This document shows positions 63,876-64,000 of a DNA stretch of 64,000 bases, one piece after another. Location of the stretch: contig CBFIJD010000011.1 in assembly GCA_965662845.1 (NCBI GenBank), positions 1-64,000 of the forward strand. The letters are read 5' to 3'. Every line of letters begins with the position of its first letter. Within the stretch, counting starts at the first letter, position 1. The position numbers and the translations under genes were made by a program. This DNA is from an uncultured bacterium (GTDB taxonomy: Bacteria > SAR324 > NAC60-12). The notes under the pieces are model-generated. The model was not told where the DNA came from. It made no database searches and saw only the letters and a program-made list of their open reading frames with translations.

Positions 63876-64000
63876 ATGCCGTTTGAAACGCCGTTGTCTG
63901 AACTCGCTCAACAGATCAAAAGTGGAGCGATCACCGCAGCCTCTGTGATGGAAGCCGTTTATGCTCGCATTGAGGCACACAATGAAAAGCTGAACGCCTA
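63876..64000 (+). CDS. N-terminus of an amidase, probably GatA (truncated by the window edge; not in the ORF track)
   Basis: MPFETPLSELAQQIKSGAITAASVMEAVYARIEAHNEKLNA... matches the amidase/GatA N-terminal pattern. Confidence 0.7.
   Translation, partial: MPFETPLSELAQQIKSGAITAASVMEAVYARIEAHNEKLNA

Overview
A 64 kb, gene-dense window of core chromosome from a motile Gram-negative bacterium. The gene content looks deltaproteobacterial-like, possibly SAR324; that is inference only. It carries amino-acid and central metabolism genes (leuB, argE, metF, metH, pckA, a class V aminotransferase), translation genes (queG, miaA, rpsU, glyQS, start of a gatA-like amidase), envelope and transport genes (porin, murJ, potFGH, GT2, orphan ABC ATPase, gspD, ispD, a beta-barrel) and dispersed flagellar/chemotaxis genes (flhB-flhA-flhF-flhG-fliA, fliN, fliG, one MCP). 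I found no tRNA, rRNA, CRISPR array, prophage or intact IS. The strongest oddities are unusual architectures: (1) a FliN with seven tandem SQxxIDxxF motifs resembling the CheY-P-binding peptides of FliM and CheZ; (2) a single-chain biotin carboxylase in the order AccA-linker-AccD-AccC-AccB; (3) an HTH / long coiled-coil / HTH protein; (4) a secretin with six KH-like N-domains; (5) a GNAT next to a sirtuin lacking the Zn cysteines; (6) an unannotated small transcription unit for a 34-aa membrane peptide; (7) a Bacillota-type glyQS. All family calls come from motif recognition by eye, with no database search. Start codons were moved from the ORF track where a better start was evident.
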